NCBI GenBank assembly: GCA_951406725.2
Contig: OX597837.1
Coordinates: 21,452,001 to 21,516,000, forward strand
Direction of reading: 5' to 3'
Source of the DNA: Octopus vulgaris
Lineage: Eukaryota
Length of the DNA: 64,000 nucleotides
Shown in pieces: positions 14,101-27,410 of the stretch. Every line of letters starts with the position of its first letter. The first letter of the stretch is position 1. Under the pieces are notes generated by a model. That model saw only the letters and a list, made by a program, of their open reading frames with translations. It searched no databases and was not told where the DNA came from. Both the position numbers and the translations under genes were made by a program.

Positions 14101-16163
14101 ATAACGACGTTGTTTATGTTTTCACTTGCAACAGTCATTCCTGTTTACCAAACAACTACTTTATTAGCACACAAATATACCAAAGTTCGATGCATCATTT
14201 AATTTTCAAATCAAAATTACAAATCTGTTGTTGATTGTTAAAACATTGGAGCGATTTTTCTTCAATATTTTCTGTGGACCAATATCTTCAATTTACACCT
14301 ATACATTCACACAGTCTTCCTTTATTTTCCCTGTCACCTTCTTCACTTCACTGGAATTTCCTTAACTGTGTTACTATAAATAAAACAATTTACTTTTTCT
14401 TCTGGCTAAATATAGACTTGTTTGTATGTGTGTGTGTCTGCATATATGAGTACATTAAATTGTCGCAACACTCAGAAAAATAAGTAAATAAATCTGCACT
14501 TTAGAGAAATAATGAAAGAAGCCAAAATATTTCATCGTATTTCTAATGTTCTACTTGAGAATAAAAGAATCCTGTTTTTACAAGAATTAAATGACTTCAC
14601 TGTAACTGATGTCTCTCTGTCTGCGTGGCTCTGCATTTATTGATGCACTTGGTTTTCTTCTTCTAAATCTAATTGCCAACTATTTTAAATGTCACTGTTC
14701 ACTTTTTTGAATGAGTAAAATTAATCACAGACCACATGGCATTTAATTGATAAGCTTAGCTTGCTGAATTAGATACCCTTTGAAGATCTATTTTCTGAAA
14801 AACAGAGCATTTTACTTAAATCATAATTACATTTAACATCTGGGAAATCCTATACGAGTAAGATAGAATATATATCGCTGGAGTGCACAAATTTTGCTGT
14901 GAGTTTGGTACATAAGTTTTCTCTTGTGGGAATTGGTTTTTCTTTGTTCTGATTAAGGAGGCTTGCATTTACTGCTGTCACAAAGTAGCTGCATCATGAC
15001 CCCAAATCTTGATTTGTAAAAGTAAACTGCTTTGTTTCCTCTTGCTTTGAAAATATTGAAGAATTTAGTAAAATATGTCATTATTAAAGTAGTGTTTAAT
15101 CCTTTAGCATTTAATCTGGCCCAAATATGCTACCATTATTTGGGCCAAATATTCTAACCAGCCAAATCCAGCCTATCACGCCTGCCTTTCAAGGCTATTC
15201 TAAAAATATACGATCACATCATCAAAATTTCAAAGCTTTGAGATAATACACGATTAATTAAATGTGATTGAAAAGCATTACATTTGACAGAATAATCTTA
15301 ATGCTAAAGGGTTAAGGAAGCAAACTGGCAGAATCATTGGCACACTAGACAGAATGCCTAGCAGCATTTCATTGGTCTTTATGTTCTGAGCTCAGGTTCC
15401 ACCATCATCAACTTTGCCTTTCATCCTTTCGGGATCGATGAAATAAGTATCTTTTGAGCACTGGGGTCAATGTTATCAACTAGTCCCACCCCTAAAATAT
15501 CAGGCTTTGTGCTTATAGTAGAAAGGATTATTAAGATAGTGTTTGGAATATAGATTAACAAGGACAGTTTTAGGTGAGTTGGTATCAAAACTGACACAAC
15601 TGACACAAAAGTGTCACAACTGACCCCTACCCAATCCCCAAAAGTCAGCATCGCCAGTAAGAGTCATGTCTTAAGCACAAAGGAAATCATTGACATAAAT
15701 GTTCCTTCTTGCTAATCAGATGAGGTTATGATGGGAAGTTCATTCATGATGCACTTTTCCATTTCATGTTTGTCAATGCATGTTTTTATTTTCAATTGGT
15801 GAACCTGCCATAAATTTGGTTTTGAGCAACACTGGGCTACTTGCTGGCTTTGTTGTCATTCTGTTAAGTGGAATTCTGCTGATAGACACTGATGTTCAGA
15901 TTTTTTATTACTCCTCTTCTCTATCACTAATTCTGCAGCAATTAAGCTAATTAACTTTGCAAGAGTGTTTCTGGGCCTATTCTTTGTTTCTAATTGTGGC
16001 ACAAGGTTGGTAATTTTGAGAGGATGTGGAAACTTACTTTATCAACCATGAAAGAATGAAAGGCATATTCAACCTCAGCAGCATTTGAACTCAGAATGTA
16101 AAGGACTGGAAGAAATGTCACTAAGCATTTTGTCTGGCACTGTAATGATTCTGCCAGCTTGCC

Positions 16164-16202
<39 letters not shown>

Positions 16203-16901
16203 TAGGGTGGCTAATTTTCTTTGAAAGTGGCCCACACTTTCTTGGAGGTCAAGAGCTGAATGTTTTGTCTACTCCTGCATACTTCAGCTCTTATTTTATT
16301 TCGGATGTTATGGGGTGGAGGGGGAACTCTTCACCCCATTTTTTTATTTTATCACTTAGCAATTTTCTTATTATTTCTTCACTTCCTCCTTGATTCCCAT
16401 TCTACTTGTTATGGCATGGGACATTTCAATGACTGCTATAAAAATTTACTTCACATATTTGCATCGGGTTATAACTGCTGGGCTGACTCATTGTTTGCCA
16501 GTATGGGTTGGACCATTTGACAGAATCCAACAGGGCAGAGGGCTATGTTGAGCTTCGATGTCTGTTTTGGCATGGTTTTTATACAGCTGCATGCCTTTCC
16601 TAACCCTAACCACTTTACAGAATGTACTGGGTGTTTTTTTGTGTCACCAGCCGTAATGAGACTGCCCGATAACTTGCAAGACAAGACTCCTTGATTGAGA
16701 AGGGGCTGTTATATAGAGGGAAGTGGCATATGTTAGGTGTTGAGTGGCAAAGGGTATGAAAGAGGGATATGAGTGGAGGAAATGCACAGCTACCATAAAT
16801 GGAAAAGAAAAGATGGTGGTGTTGATGTCTTATGTAATTTCTTTCCATTGTTCAACTTCATTAGCAACCCTTAATGTCAGAGTAGAAAATAGCATGTAGA
16901 A

Positions 16902-17103
16902 TAGTGGTTCTCAACCATTTTTTGCCTTGTGGACCTCTTTGATTCCTATTTTACTCTACCAAACTCCCATGTTAAAAAATCCTACTATATTTTTATAATT
17001 AAACATTATTAGGGATTGTTTGAAAAATTAAAATATTTTATTTATTGTAGAAGTATAAACTTTAACAACAAAATCTTAGATGAACCCCGGTTGAAAACCA
17101 CTA
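16902..17103. mobile_element. hAT (Charlie-like) MITE
   Basis: TAGTGGTTCTCAACC ... GGTTGAAAACCACTA inverted termini. Confidence 0.7.
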
Positions 17104-17176
17104 AATTGTTAAATCTTACTTGAAACTTTACTTTTAAAGTTCTTTTATATCATCCATTTTTCAATAGTGTCATTAA

Positions 17177-17397
17177 CCCTTTTGATACCAACCCGACTGA
17201 AACCGCCTCTGCTCTGTAGTACAAATGTCTTGTTTTCATAAGTTTTGGATTAAAATCTAGCACCAAACCTTTGCCACAATTTATATTCCTAACACTAGCT
17301 TAATGATAACAAAGTTATTTTACTAAATTCTTTGTTATATTTAAAATTAATTGAAGGAATCACAGGATATCTCAAAATAAATACGGTAATGAAATGG
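17177..17397. mobile_element. piggyBac-type MITE family 1
   Basis: TTAA|CCCTTTTGATACC...; internal sequence nearly identical to 63541-63760. Confidence 0.8.
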
Positions 17398-17559
17398 TTA
17401 CGGCATTCATCCTCAGAGTTTTACACCTGTTTTCCCTTACTTGTATGAGTTGGAGGCTGTGTTTTAAGGTCAGGTGCCTCTCCCATTGCTAACTTTTACA
17501 ACATGCAGAGATGCAATGTATGTATTCTGAAACCAAGATAGACGTGGTGCTTGTATTAA

Positions 17560-17783
17560 CCCTTTTGCTACCATTTTCCTCTTGGTATACACTGCCCTTG
17601 TTTCAAGTAATTTCGAAGACGATAAAGAATTCAGTAAAATAATTCTGTCATCGTTAAGCTGGTGTTTGAAACATAAATCAACATGAAATTTTTTCATGGT
17701 AGGTTTTAATTTAAAACTCTTCAAGATTGGAAGTTTGTATCACAGAACTAGGGACAATTTCAGGTGGATTGGTATCAAAAGGG
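17560..17783. mobile_element. piggyBac-type MITE (family 1 related); further copies near 18445-18668 and 41775-41980
   Basis: TTAA|CCCTTTTGCTACC...GGTATCAAAAGGG|TTAA. Confidence 0.8.
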
Positions 17784-19524
17784 TTAAAGAATTGGCTTCA
17801 ACAGTTTACATTTTAGAGCTATCTGTTTTTATGGTCAGATCTAGAGTCACTTGAAGCATCTAAAAAAAAAAAGTAATTGTATTGATTCTATTCTGCAAAA
17901 TCATCTATATTGATTTGTTTTGGCTAAGTGTAAGGACAATTTATATAGTTAGGGGCCACAATTGTTTATTTCCAGTATATTACTAGCCTGTATTTTATTG
18001 TCTCTCTTGTATAGGCAAGATAATAGGGGAACCTCTATGGAGTTGCATGCCATGGTAGAAACAACAGTCAAATATCCCTCAAGCCATGCCCTACTATATT
18101 AAGAAGAGAGGTACATTTGGTTCTCTGTCTGAAGAATTTCTAATTGGAGACATCTTTCATGTTTCTCCTATGTGTATGATTTTGTAACTCATATTAGGGA
18201 ATGAAATATGCATAATGTTGAATAAATACTTCTAAAGTTTTTTTTCCAATCTCTTGTCTTGATATTGGATTAAAATATGTATTTCTGTTGATTGCATATC
18301 TTAATGAACAGCACCTATTTATTAATATGGGGTTGAAAGATAAACAAAAAATTCTTACATAAAGTTTTTGTGGAGGGGAGAGGGGAAGAATTGTTGTGGC
18401 ATGTCAGCAGGTACAGTATTTCGTATATCCCAAAATGTCATTAACCATTTTGTTACCATATTTCTATTGAAAGACTCTGCCCTTGTTTCAATTAATTTTG
18501 ATCATAATGAAAAATTTGGCAAAATAACTTTGCTATTATTAAGTTTGTGTTTGAAACATAAAATTAACATGGAATTTTAATGGAAGGTTTTAATTTAGAT
18601 CACTTTAAACAGACTGTTTGTGTTTTAGAATTAGGGGCAGTTTCTAATGGGGCTGATATCAAAAAAGGTTTAAAAAAGGGAAAACAATGTGGAAAGGAAC
18701 TTTTTTTCCTTTGGTTCATTATTGAATACATAAAGATTAAATTTTGGATATTTTAATAAAATGTGTACAGGACAAGTAAAAAAAAAAAAAAACTGTAGGG
18801 AGTCCAGACTGGTCTTTAGGCCCTCTTGCTATAAAATATTTAGTTACTCAACTATTTTTACCAAATCTTAATTCTTTAAATAATCCTATTCTCTGAATTG
18901 TGTACTTTTATGATACTACTATGTAGGGTGTACTTTTAGATAAGGGATTATACATTTTTGTACAAAATTATGAGATTTGAAGGGTTTCTTTTTCTTTCTT
19001 TTTTTTTAATTATTCCTTCCAAGCTAACTAGAGCAAGCTTATATTTATTAAAAGCTAACATTGCTTTGACATGAAAGCTTAGAAGTTTACTGAAGGTCAC
19101 ATTAATGTTCTGGTTGAGAAAGTTCTCCAGCTCTGTTACAGAGCAGATGTGATTCATTCTTGTTAGCTGACTGCAGAGATTTCAGCCTTAATCCCGCCTC
19201 ACTTTTAAACGACAGTTTGTGTGGGTGAGCTGAATTGCTATGAAAGCCTACCGATTACACCAGCCGGCTTAACCACAGACCTTTTGATTTTTGAAGTTGA
19301 TAAACATTGCAGAACTCTAAATAAATATTCTTTACTAATTTGAAACTAATTGAGAAAACTGCAAACGCATGCATGTGCACAGATGCACACACACACATAC
19401 ACACACACACCTGTAATCCACACCCTACATGCGTGTCGTTTATTTTTCTCCCTTTTTCCCTCTGGTTATTTTGTCTTATTTCCCTAAATGTCAGTAGTTT
19501 CATTATTCTGTGTTTCTCTTTCAG

Positions 19525-19606
19525 AGTTGCTGATTTACTGCTGGGAGGAGCTGTATTAAATAAGGTTTTCCAACCACATGAAGCTCATATACCATATTTA
19601 TTGCAG
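19525..19606 (+). CDS. REV3L: REV3L coding exon, 82 bp, phase 2-0
   Basis: ctctttcAG / GTaggt. Translates VADLLLGGAVLNKVFQPHEAHIPYLLQ, containing the hallmark REV3 QPHEAHIPYLLQ. Confidence 0.96.
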
Positions 19607-19697
19607 GTAGGTTTGTTCTTCTTATTTTCTGATTTAATCACTTATCATTTTTTTCTTATTCAATCACTGATTGTGTTTGTCTCCCTCATCAGTTTAA

Positions 19698-20005
19698 CCC
19701 CTTACCCGGCAGAAACGAATATATGCATTTTGACCGAAATCGTTTTTTTCTATCTCTGGCGAGTTAACTCGTCAAAAGATAGACTCGCCAAAATCGACAG
19801 CAAACGAGTTCCTTCGTCTAAAAACGGGTGAACTCGTTTCTGCCCAAAGCGGTAATTTAAAATCAATATTATTGAATTAAAATTCATAATAAATAAGGTT
19901 TGAAATATACCTCGAAATCACCATTCAAAACATAGTAAAATAAAACAATTAAAAAATATGTCTGAAAAAATACATTTATTTTCAAAATAATTGTTGGGTA
20001 AGGGG
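19698..20005. mobile_element. piggyBac-type MITE of a distinct family, CpG-retaining
   Basis: TTAA|CCCCTTACCC ... GGGTAAGGGG|TTAA. Confidence 0.85.
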
Positions 20006-23000
20006 TTAAAGCAAGATTAAAATATACAGACATAAGAATTGGTAGAACATCAGGCACAGTACCATGCAGTAATTTTATCTCATATGTTTGAAGCTCAAAC
20101 GTTGCGTCCTAGTGAGCTCATAGCCCAATAGACTAAAACCAATGAAAGACGAGGCAGGGTTGCCACAAAACAAATGAGTTTCCTTTCTGGTGTATGGATT
20201 TCTAGCTGTCAGCACATTGGAATCATCGTCATCACCATCACCACTTTAGCATTTACTTTTCCAGGCTTGCATGAGTCAGACAGAATTTGTTCAGGCAGAT
20301 TTTCTATGCATGGATGCTCTTCCTGTCACTAACCTCTTTTTTCGTAAAAGCCAGACATATTTTTATGGGAGATTGGAAATGAACAACATTGCTTGTATGA
20401 TGGAAACATTCATTTACAATTATTGTGTGATGTCAAGACAAGGAGACACGTGCACACTGACGTAATGGACTTCTTTCAGTTTCTACTTATCAAATCCACT
20501 CTCAAGGTGCTATGCAGTGGAATTGCAAGCTTTGTAGCCATATAGCCATGCCTGGAATCACTGCTGCTATTAGAGGACTTAGGTATGTGATGTATTGCTG
20601 ACCTCAAGAAGACCTGCCCACCACAACAGAATAGAGATCTTAAACCCAGCTTGAACATAAAATTTTGGTATCAAGCGATTGGGGGGGTAGGGGCAAATAC
20701 ACACACACATAGGGCCTCCGTCAGTCATGGCTGACCATGGATGATGTCATCCATTCATTGAGTTGTCTATTCCAAAAAAAAAAAAAAAGGGTGTTGGTGT
20801 CACGTAAAAAGCACTCAGTATACTCTGTGAAGTGGTTGGTGTTAGGAAGGGCACCCAACTGTAGAAACCAAGCCAAAACAAACTATGGCACCTGGTGTGG
20901 CTCCTGGACTTGCCAGTTCCTGTCAAGCCGTTCAACCCACGCCATTAAATGGACATTAAATTATGGTGGGGGGCTGGGGATGCTGCCACTGCTGTTGTTG
21001 TTGTATCATCATTATCATCTAATGTCCATGTTCCATTCTAACATGGGTTGCATCGTTTGACAGATTCAGATGGACCCCAACAGCTGCATCGTGCTCAAGT
21101 ATCTGCTTTGGCATGGTTTCCGCAGCTAGGTGCCCCTTCCTCACAACAAACACCTTAAAGTGTGCCCTGTGTGCTTTTTTTTTTTTGGTTGCTTTTTCTG
21201 TTTAGGTATCACCTGCACTATTAAGGCCATCACACATTTTACCAAGACTATAAACACTGAAAAAACAATCTTATGCTAGTGGGTTGGTTAAGGGGTAAAA
21301 GGTTTATAGCTGCAGAGGAATGACAAGACTACTCACATTTTAGTAGAGAGAGAGAGAGAGAGAGTGGGATTGATCAAGTGAACTGGGAAGTGATTAGGTA
21401 TGATGGTGATGAAGTGAGGCATGGGGACAAAATAGGGTGAGGTTGGGGGTAAAAGGTTTTATTTATCATAAAATTATGTATGAGATATCTTGGGTACACC
21501 AGCCTGAGTACATTGCAATGGTATCTTTTTTGTTTATGGCCATCACCACATAGCAGCAAATATAGTAATTTTGGTGGTGGCAGCAGCAGCAATGGTGGTG
21601 GCACAGAATGTGTGTGTGTGTCTGCATGCATGTGTGATATGCCATAGTGAGATAATCCACATTGGAATCCCTATGGGAAGGACACATTAAACAATGTACT
21701 ATACAGTGTATAAAGAAGCATGATGGCTACCTTTGGAATGCTTTTGGTTATAGGTCTAACTAGGGCCTTAAAAAAATACAGACCAAATCACTTACCTGTT
21801 AGTCTTATTTTAAACAGTATTAAAGTTTGATCAAAATGCATATATGAGGTGCTGTATGGTTAAGGACTGTATACACTAGAAGAGGTAAAAAGACCATATG
21901 ACTATATGTCTAGACTCTTGGTTCTTCAGTTCAGGTCTGTGACAAGTATTTGGGGAATTGTTTGGCATCCTAATCCAAGAGTGATTTAGCTCTTATTCCT
22001 ATTTACTGCAATGAAGTTAGGGTTGAGTCTTGGAACTTAAGAAGCATTTGTTGTTGCTTGGGAGAATTGTTGAAGCATTGGAAAAGTTGCTTTCCACTAT
22101 CTGTTCTGGTTCTTAACATTCTGAATTTAAGTTCTGACCAAGGCAGGACTTTCATCCTTACTGAATTGATAAAGTGTCAGTCAGCTTCCAGGTATATTTT
22201 CTTAACCACTCTCCACAAATTGCTGGTCTTGGGCCTATGTCAGAAAAAAATTACAAGAGCAACAGCTTAATAGAATCGTTGATGTGTTGGCCAAAATGCC
22301 TGTCTCGGTTTCTTTTGTCTTTTTATATTCTGAGTTAAAATCTCACTGAGGTGAACTTTAACTTTTATCACTCCAGGATCAATAAGTTATAGTACCAGCC
22401 AGCTAGTTTAGTTTAGTTGTCCTCTCAGACACTTCAATAATTTCACACAAGCACGCCATCCATCATGGTCCCCCATGCATGTTCTTAATTCATCCCCATT
22501 TGCCATTCCATTGTCCTGAAGCGTAGGATTAATGTAATTGACTGGTGTCATTTGCTTACATGCCTTCCAGGTCAATAAAATAAGATACTAGTGAAGTACT
22601 GGGGTCAGTGGTATTGACTTATTCCCTCCCTTTGAATTTGTTCACCTTTTGCTTAAATTGGATAAGTGAGAATAGAGAGGAATGTGTTGTCTCCCAGTAA
22701 ATTTATTGGAAGGGGATTACAGTGGAGAACATGGCCTGAATGAAGGGGCTTGTTCTAGGCATGCACCTGGAGGGACAATGTAGAGAAGGCACTTGCATTA
22801 GAGGTTAAAGTGACTGTGGTTGGATGGAGTTTCCATGGGTGACCCTTAAAGGGGGATTTTTTTTTTGGTGTTAATCTCTCCTTGCCTTGACATTGTCTGT
22901 TAGTTGTAAGCAAATATCTCCATAATGCAAGTCGTGTCCTTTGTTTTCAGTCTTCCATCATCATCGTTTAATGTCCACCTTCCATGCTGGCATGGGTTGG

Positions 23001-25400
23001 ATGGTTTAACAGAAGCCTGCACCAGACGTTTGTGTCTGTTTTGGCAAAGTTTTTATAGCTGTTCTCTCTTCCAGTCATGGGGAAATATTATTTTAGAAAC
23101 AGATGAGGGGTCAGTGATAGGGAGATCATCTAGCTGTTGAAAATTCACCTCAACAAACTCTGTTCAGCTCACTTGAGCATAGAAAAGTGGACATTGAACT
23201 TACAATAATCCTTTTTAGTGCAGGCACAAGGCCTGAAATTTGGAGGAGGGGATAGTAGATTACATCGACCCCAGTGCTCCACTGGAACATATTTTATCGA
23301 CCCTGAAAGGGGGAAAGGCAAAGTCAACCTCGATGGAATTTGAACTCAGAACATAAGGACAGACAAAATGTTACTAAGCATTTTTCCCGGTGTGCTAATG
23401 ATTTTGCCAGCTCACCACCTTAGTAGTAGTAGTAGTAGTAGTAGCAGTAGCAGTAGCAGCAGCAGCAGTTTCCAATTTTGGCACACAGCCTGCAATTTTT
23501 GAGGAGAAGTCAATTGCATTGATCCCAGTTTTCAACTAGTACTTATTTTATTGACCCTGAAAGGATGAAAGGCAGAGCTAACTTAAGCAGAATTTGAACT
23601 GAGAATGTAAATACCAACAAAATAGCATAATAATACTAATGATGGTGGTGGTGGTGATGGTTGCGGCGGCGGCCACCTCCTCCTCTTCTCCTTTCATCGA
23701 AGATGACATGAGTGTTCAGCTTTTGCCGAACAACCTGCACAACTGATTTGCTTCTAGTGATCAAACGTATATGCTGTACATTAGCTCACTCTCTGCATCA
23801 AATCAATGTTGTCTGAACAAGTGCACAGTGCATCATGCGTCAGGTGTTGAAGTGATTGCAGTGCAATGTGAGATGAAATGTTTTCCTCAAGAACACAACG
23901 TACCATCCAGTCTTAGAATTAAAATTACAACCATGAGCACACCATCCTAGCCGCTAGGTCATGTGTCCTAATAATGATGATGATGATTTCAAATTTTTAG
24001 GGGAGGGGATGAGTTGATTACATCGACCCCAGTGTTTAACTGGTACTTATTTTATCGACCCCCAAAAGGATGACATGCAAAGTTGACCTTGGAAGAATTT
24101 GAACTCAGGACATGTAAACGGACAAAATGCTGCTAAGCATTCCATGTGGCATACTAACGATTCTACCAACTCACTGCCCTTAATAATAATAATAATTCGT
24201 TCGTTTATTGACCACAAGGGCTAACAAAAATCAATTATAACATTTAGGGACAAAACACAGGACGAAAGTTACAAAGGGTTTTGTCTGTTTGAAAAAAGTT
24301 TGTGTACAAAAGCTGGATAACAACGAAAAGTAAGTAACAATTAAAACTCCCGTCCGTGGCCGTTTGCCAGCTCCGTCTGGCACCTGTGCAGGTGGCACGT
24401 AAAAAGCACCCACTACACTCATTGGAGTGGTTGGCGTTAGGAAGGGCATCCAGCTGTAGAAACACTGCCAGATCAGACTGGGCCTGATGCAGCCTTCTGG
24501 CTTCACAGACCCCAGTTGAACCGTCCAACCCATGCTAGCATGGAAAGCGGACGCTAAATGCTGCTGCTGCTGATGATGATAAATAGGGGGGAGGCACTTC
24601 GAAAGGTGACTTGTGGAAAAACCCATAAAAGCCACGGGAGCCTGGTCAAAAGTAATAATAATTTTTTCTGCTATAGGCACAATGCCTGAAGTTTGTGGGA
24701 AATGGGTAAGTTGATCATATGAAACCCCAGTACTTGACTGTACGCAATTTCTATAGCAGAAATAGTAATGAAGTGGCCAGAATGCTTTTGCAGTATGATG
24801 CTTTGTGCCCTAGCTTCTTTCAGCTCCCACAAGCAGATGATAAAATAAAGTACCAGCCTAATTAAGACTGAGTGGAAGCAGGGTCGGTTTTAATTGACTC
24901 CATCTTGTCCTCAAAACTTGTGGCCTTGCTATACAAATCATTATCATAATCGTTATGATTTCTGTTCTGATTTCAAGTTCTGCTAGGATTGACTGCTTTT
25001 TTACTCTTCTGGGATTAATAAAACAAAGCAAGTATTCAACTACAACATTTGATTCAGTACTATTAGAACTGCTAATACATGTCTCCTGTAGAGATCTATA
25101 TGATCTCAGTGTGTATTAATGATTTTCTACTGGTCTTGTGTACCAAGCTGATGTTTTATTATTCGTGTTGTATTATACTTCTGGTGAAAACACAGAGACT
25201 GTTTTTATTCATAATCTGGATTCTGTATTGGATGAGAGGTGAGTTGGTGTGATGCCACAGATATTTTGAGGTGTGTGTATGTGTTATACAAGAAGGTTGT
25301 TGACAGTGACTTCCAAGTTTCAGCCAGCTAAGCTATTGTTGGGCTGCCTTTGAAATCACTGTCAACAACATTATTGTGAAAGAATAATAAGTTTATACTC

Positions 25401-25447
<47 letters not shown>

Positions 25448-25721
25448 CTGTGGTTTTTCATGTAACCAACAATTATTTACCAGTAAAATTCGGTATGTAA
25501 ATACGACAAATTTATCGTCAGGAACTTTGTAAGGTTCAGTATATAGTAAAGTAAATAAGAGGGCTAACAGCAGGCTGTTTCGCCTCATACCGAAGGAATT
25601 AGAAATGGCAGTCAGACTATTTTTTCCATTTTCTATAAGTGAAGATTCCAAAAACGAAGGCCCGTGCGGCTCACATACACAAAACTGGTTATTGCATTAC
25701 CATGTGGATTCCTTTTATTGC

Positions 25722-25764
<43 letters not shown>

Positions 25765-25860
25765 GTGGGGTGGCGTCATTTGAAGGCTAATACAATGCGA
25801 AGTGCATTATGACCAGCGATGTGTAGCAACATCTGATAGCCTGGTCGGTCACGGTGATTA

Positions 25861-25900
<40 letters not shown>

Positions 25901-26861
25901 AGTGTGTGCGTGTGTGACAGCACATGGCTCAGTGGTTAGAGCATCAGGCTCACAATAATGAGGCACTGAGTTCGATTCCCAGACTGGGCTGTGTGCTGTG
26001 TTCTTGAGCAAGACCCTTCATTAAGAGTTGCAACATCACTAGGGCCAAGTTGTATCAGCCTTTGCCTTTCCTTTGAATAACTACCATGGTGCAGAAAGGT
26101 GGGAGCTGGTATGCATGGGCAAATGCTGGTCTTCCATAAACAACCTCATATATACCAGTTATAGTCTTTTTTTTTTTTAAATATTGTTTAAGCACAGGCG
26201 TGGTTGTGTAGTTAAGAAGTTTGCTTGAAAACCACTTGGTTTCAGGTTCAGTCCCACTGCATTACACCTTGGACAAGTGTCTTCTACTATATCTCTGGGT
26301 TGACCAAAGCCTTGTGAGTGAATTTGGTGTGTGGAAACTGTAGTGTATGTGTGTTTGTGTTTTATTGTAAATAAACGTCATTCATTCTGTGCAAACATGT
26401 TTGGCCATGGGGAAATATTAACTTACTTGGAAACAGTTATGGCAACAGGAATGGTATTTGACTGTAGAAAATCTGCCTCAACGAACGTTGTTCAACCCAT
26501 GCAAGCTTGGAAAAGTAGACATTAAAATGGTGATGATGTAATTTTTTATCTTTCCATCAGTTTTTCTATTCTTGCATAAGTAAGTTACATGTTGAGTCTG
26601 TTGCCTTTACAGCTACCATGCTCTTTCTACTATCAACCCACTCAGCTTTTAAAGTAGGTATCGACAGGAATTTTTTATGTTTCAGGCCAATCCATTCGTC
26701 AAAGATAGAAAACAATTTTTTTTTTCCCCTGCTTCAGCTACCCATGTCTGTCTGTCAATATTATTGTAACTGATAAAGAAATTTTCTATTCCCATGACTT
26801 GTCTATAATGATTTTATTTATGCCTCTCTTTCAACAAGCGTTCATAAATTTTATTTTTCAG

Positions 26862-26940
26862 ATGTTTATCGATTACAATCTTTATGGTATGAATTTGCTG
26901 AATGTTAACCATGTCAAATTTCGGCGGCGCCAAACTAAAG
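26862..26940 (+). CDS. REV3L: REV3L coding exon, 79 bp, phase 0-1
   Basis: tttttcAG / GTaagc. Translates MFIDYNLYGMNLLNVNHVKFRRRQTK, containing the hallmark FIDYNLYGMN. Confidence 0.96.
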
Positions 26941-27112
26941 GTAAGCTTAAACTTCATGCTCTGGTTTCAGAGTATAAACTTACATTGCAGGAAAGCTTCA
27001 GGACCTTTTGAACTCACATTAACCACCACAACCTGGTACTGGAAATTACTAGTGATGCCTCCTATTTCATGCACTATTGCTCTCAGTGCAATATTTACAA
27101 TATTTCATAATT

Positions 27113-27410
27113 CATCATCATCATCATCATCGTTTAGCGTCCGCTTTCCATGCTAGCATGGGTTGGACGGTTCAACTGGGGTCTGAGAAGCCAGAAGGCT
27201 GCGCCAGGCCCAGTTTGATCTAGCAATGTTTCAACGGCTGGATGCCCTACCTAACGCCAACCACTCCGTGAGTGTAGTGGGTGCTTTATATGTGCCACCG
27301 GCACAGGTGCCAGACGAGGCTGGCAAACGGCCACGATCGGATGGTGCTTTTTACGTGCCACTGGCTCGAGGCCAGTCGGGGCGGCACTGGCAACGGCCAC
27401 GTTTGGATGG
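27113..27410 (-). mobile_element. Retroposon family B
   Basis: Reverse complement of the 59300-59584 segment; begins with (TCA)n. Confidence 0.85.
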
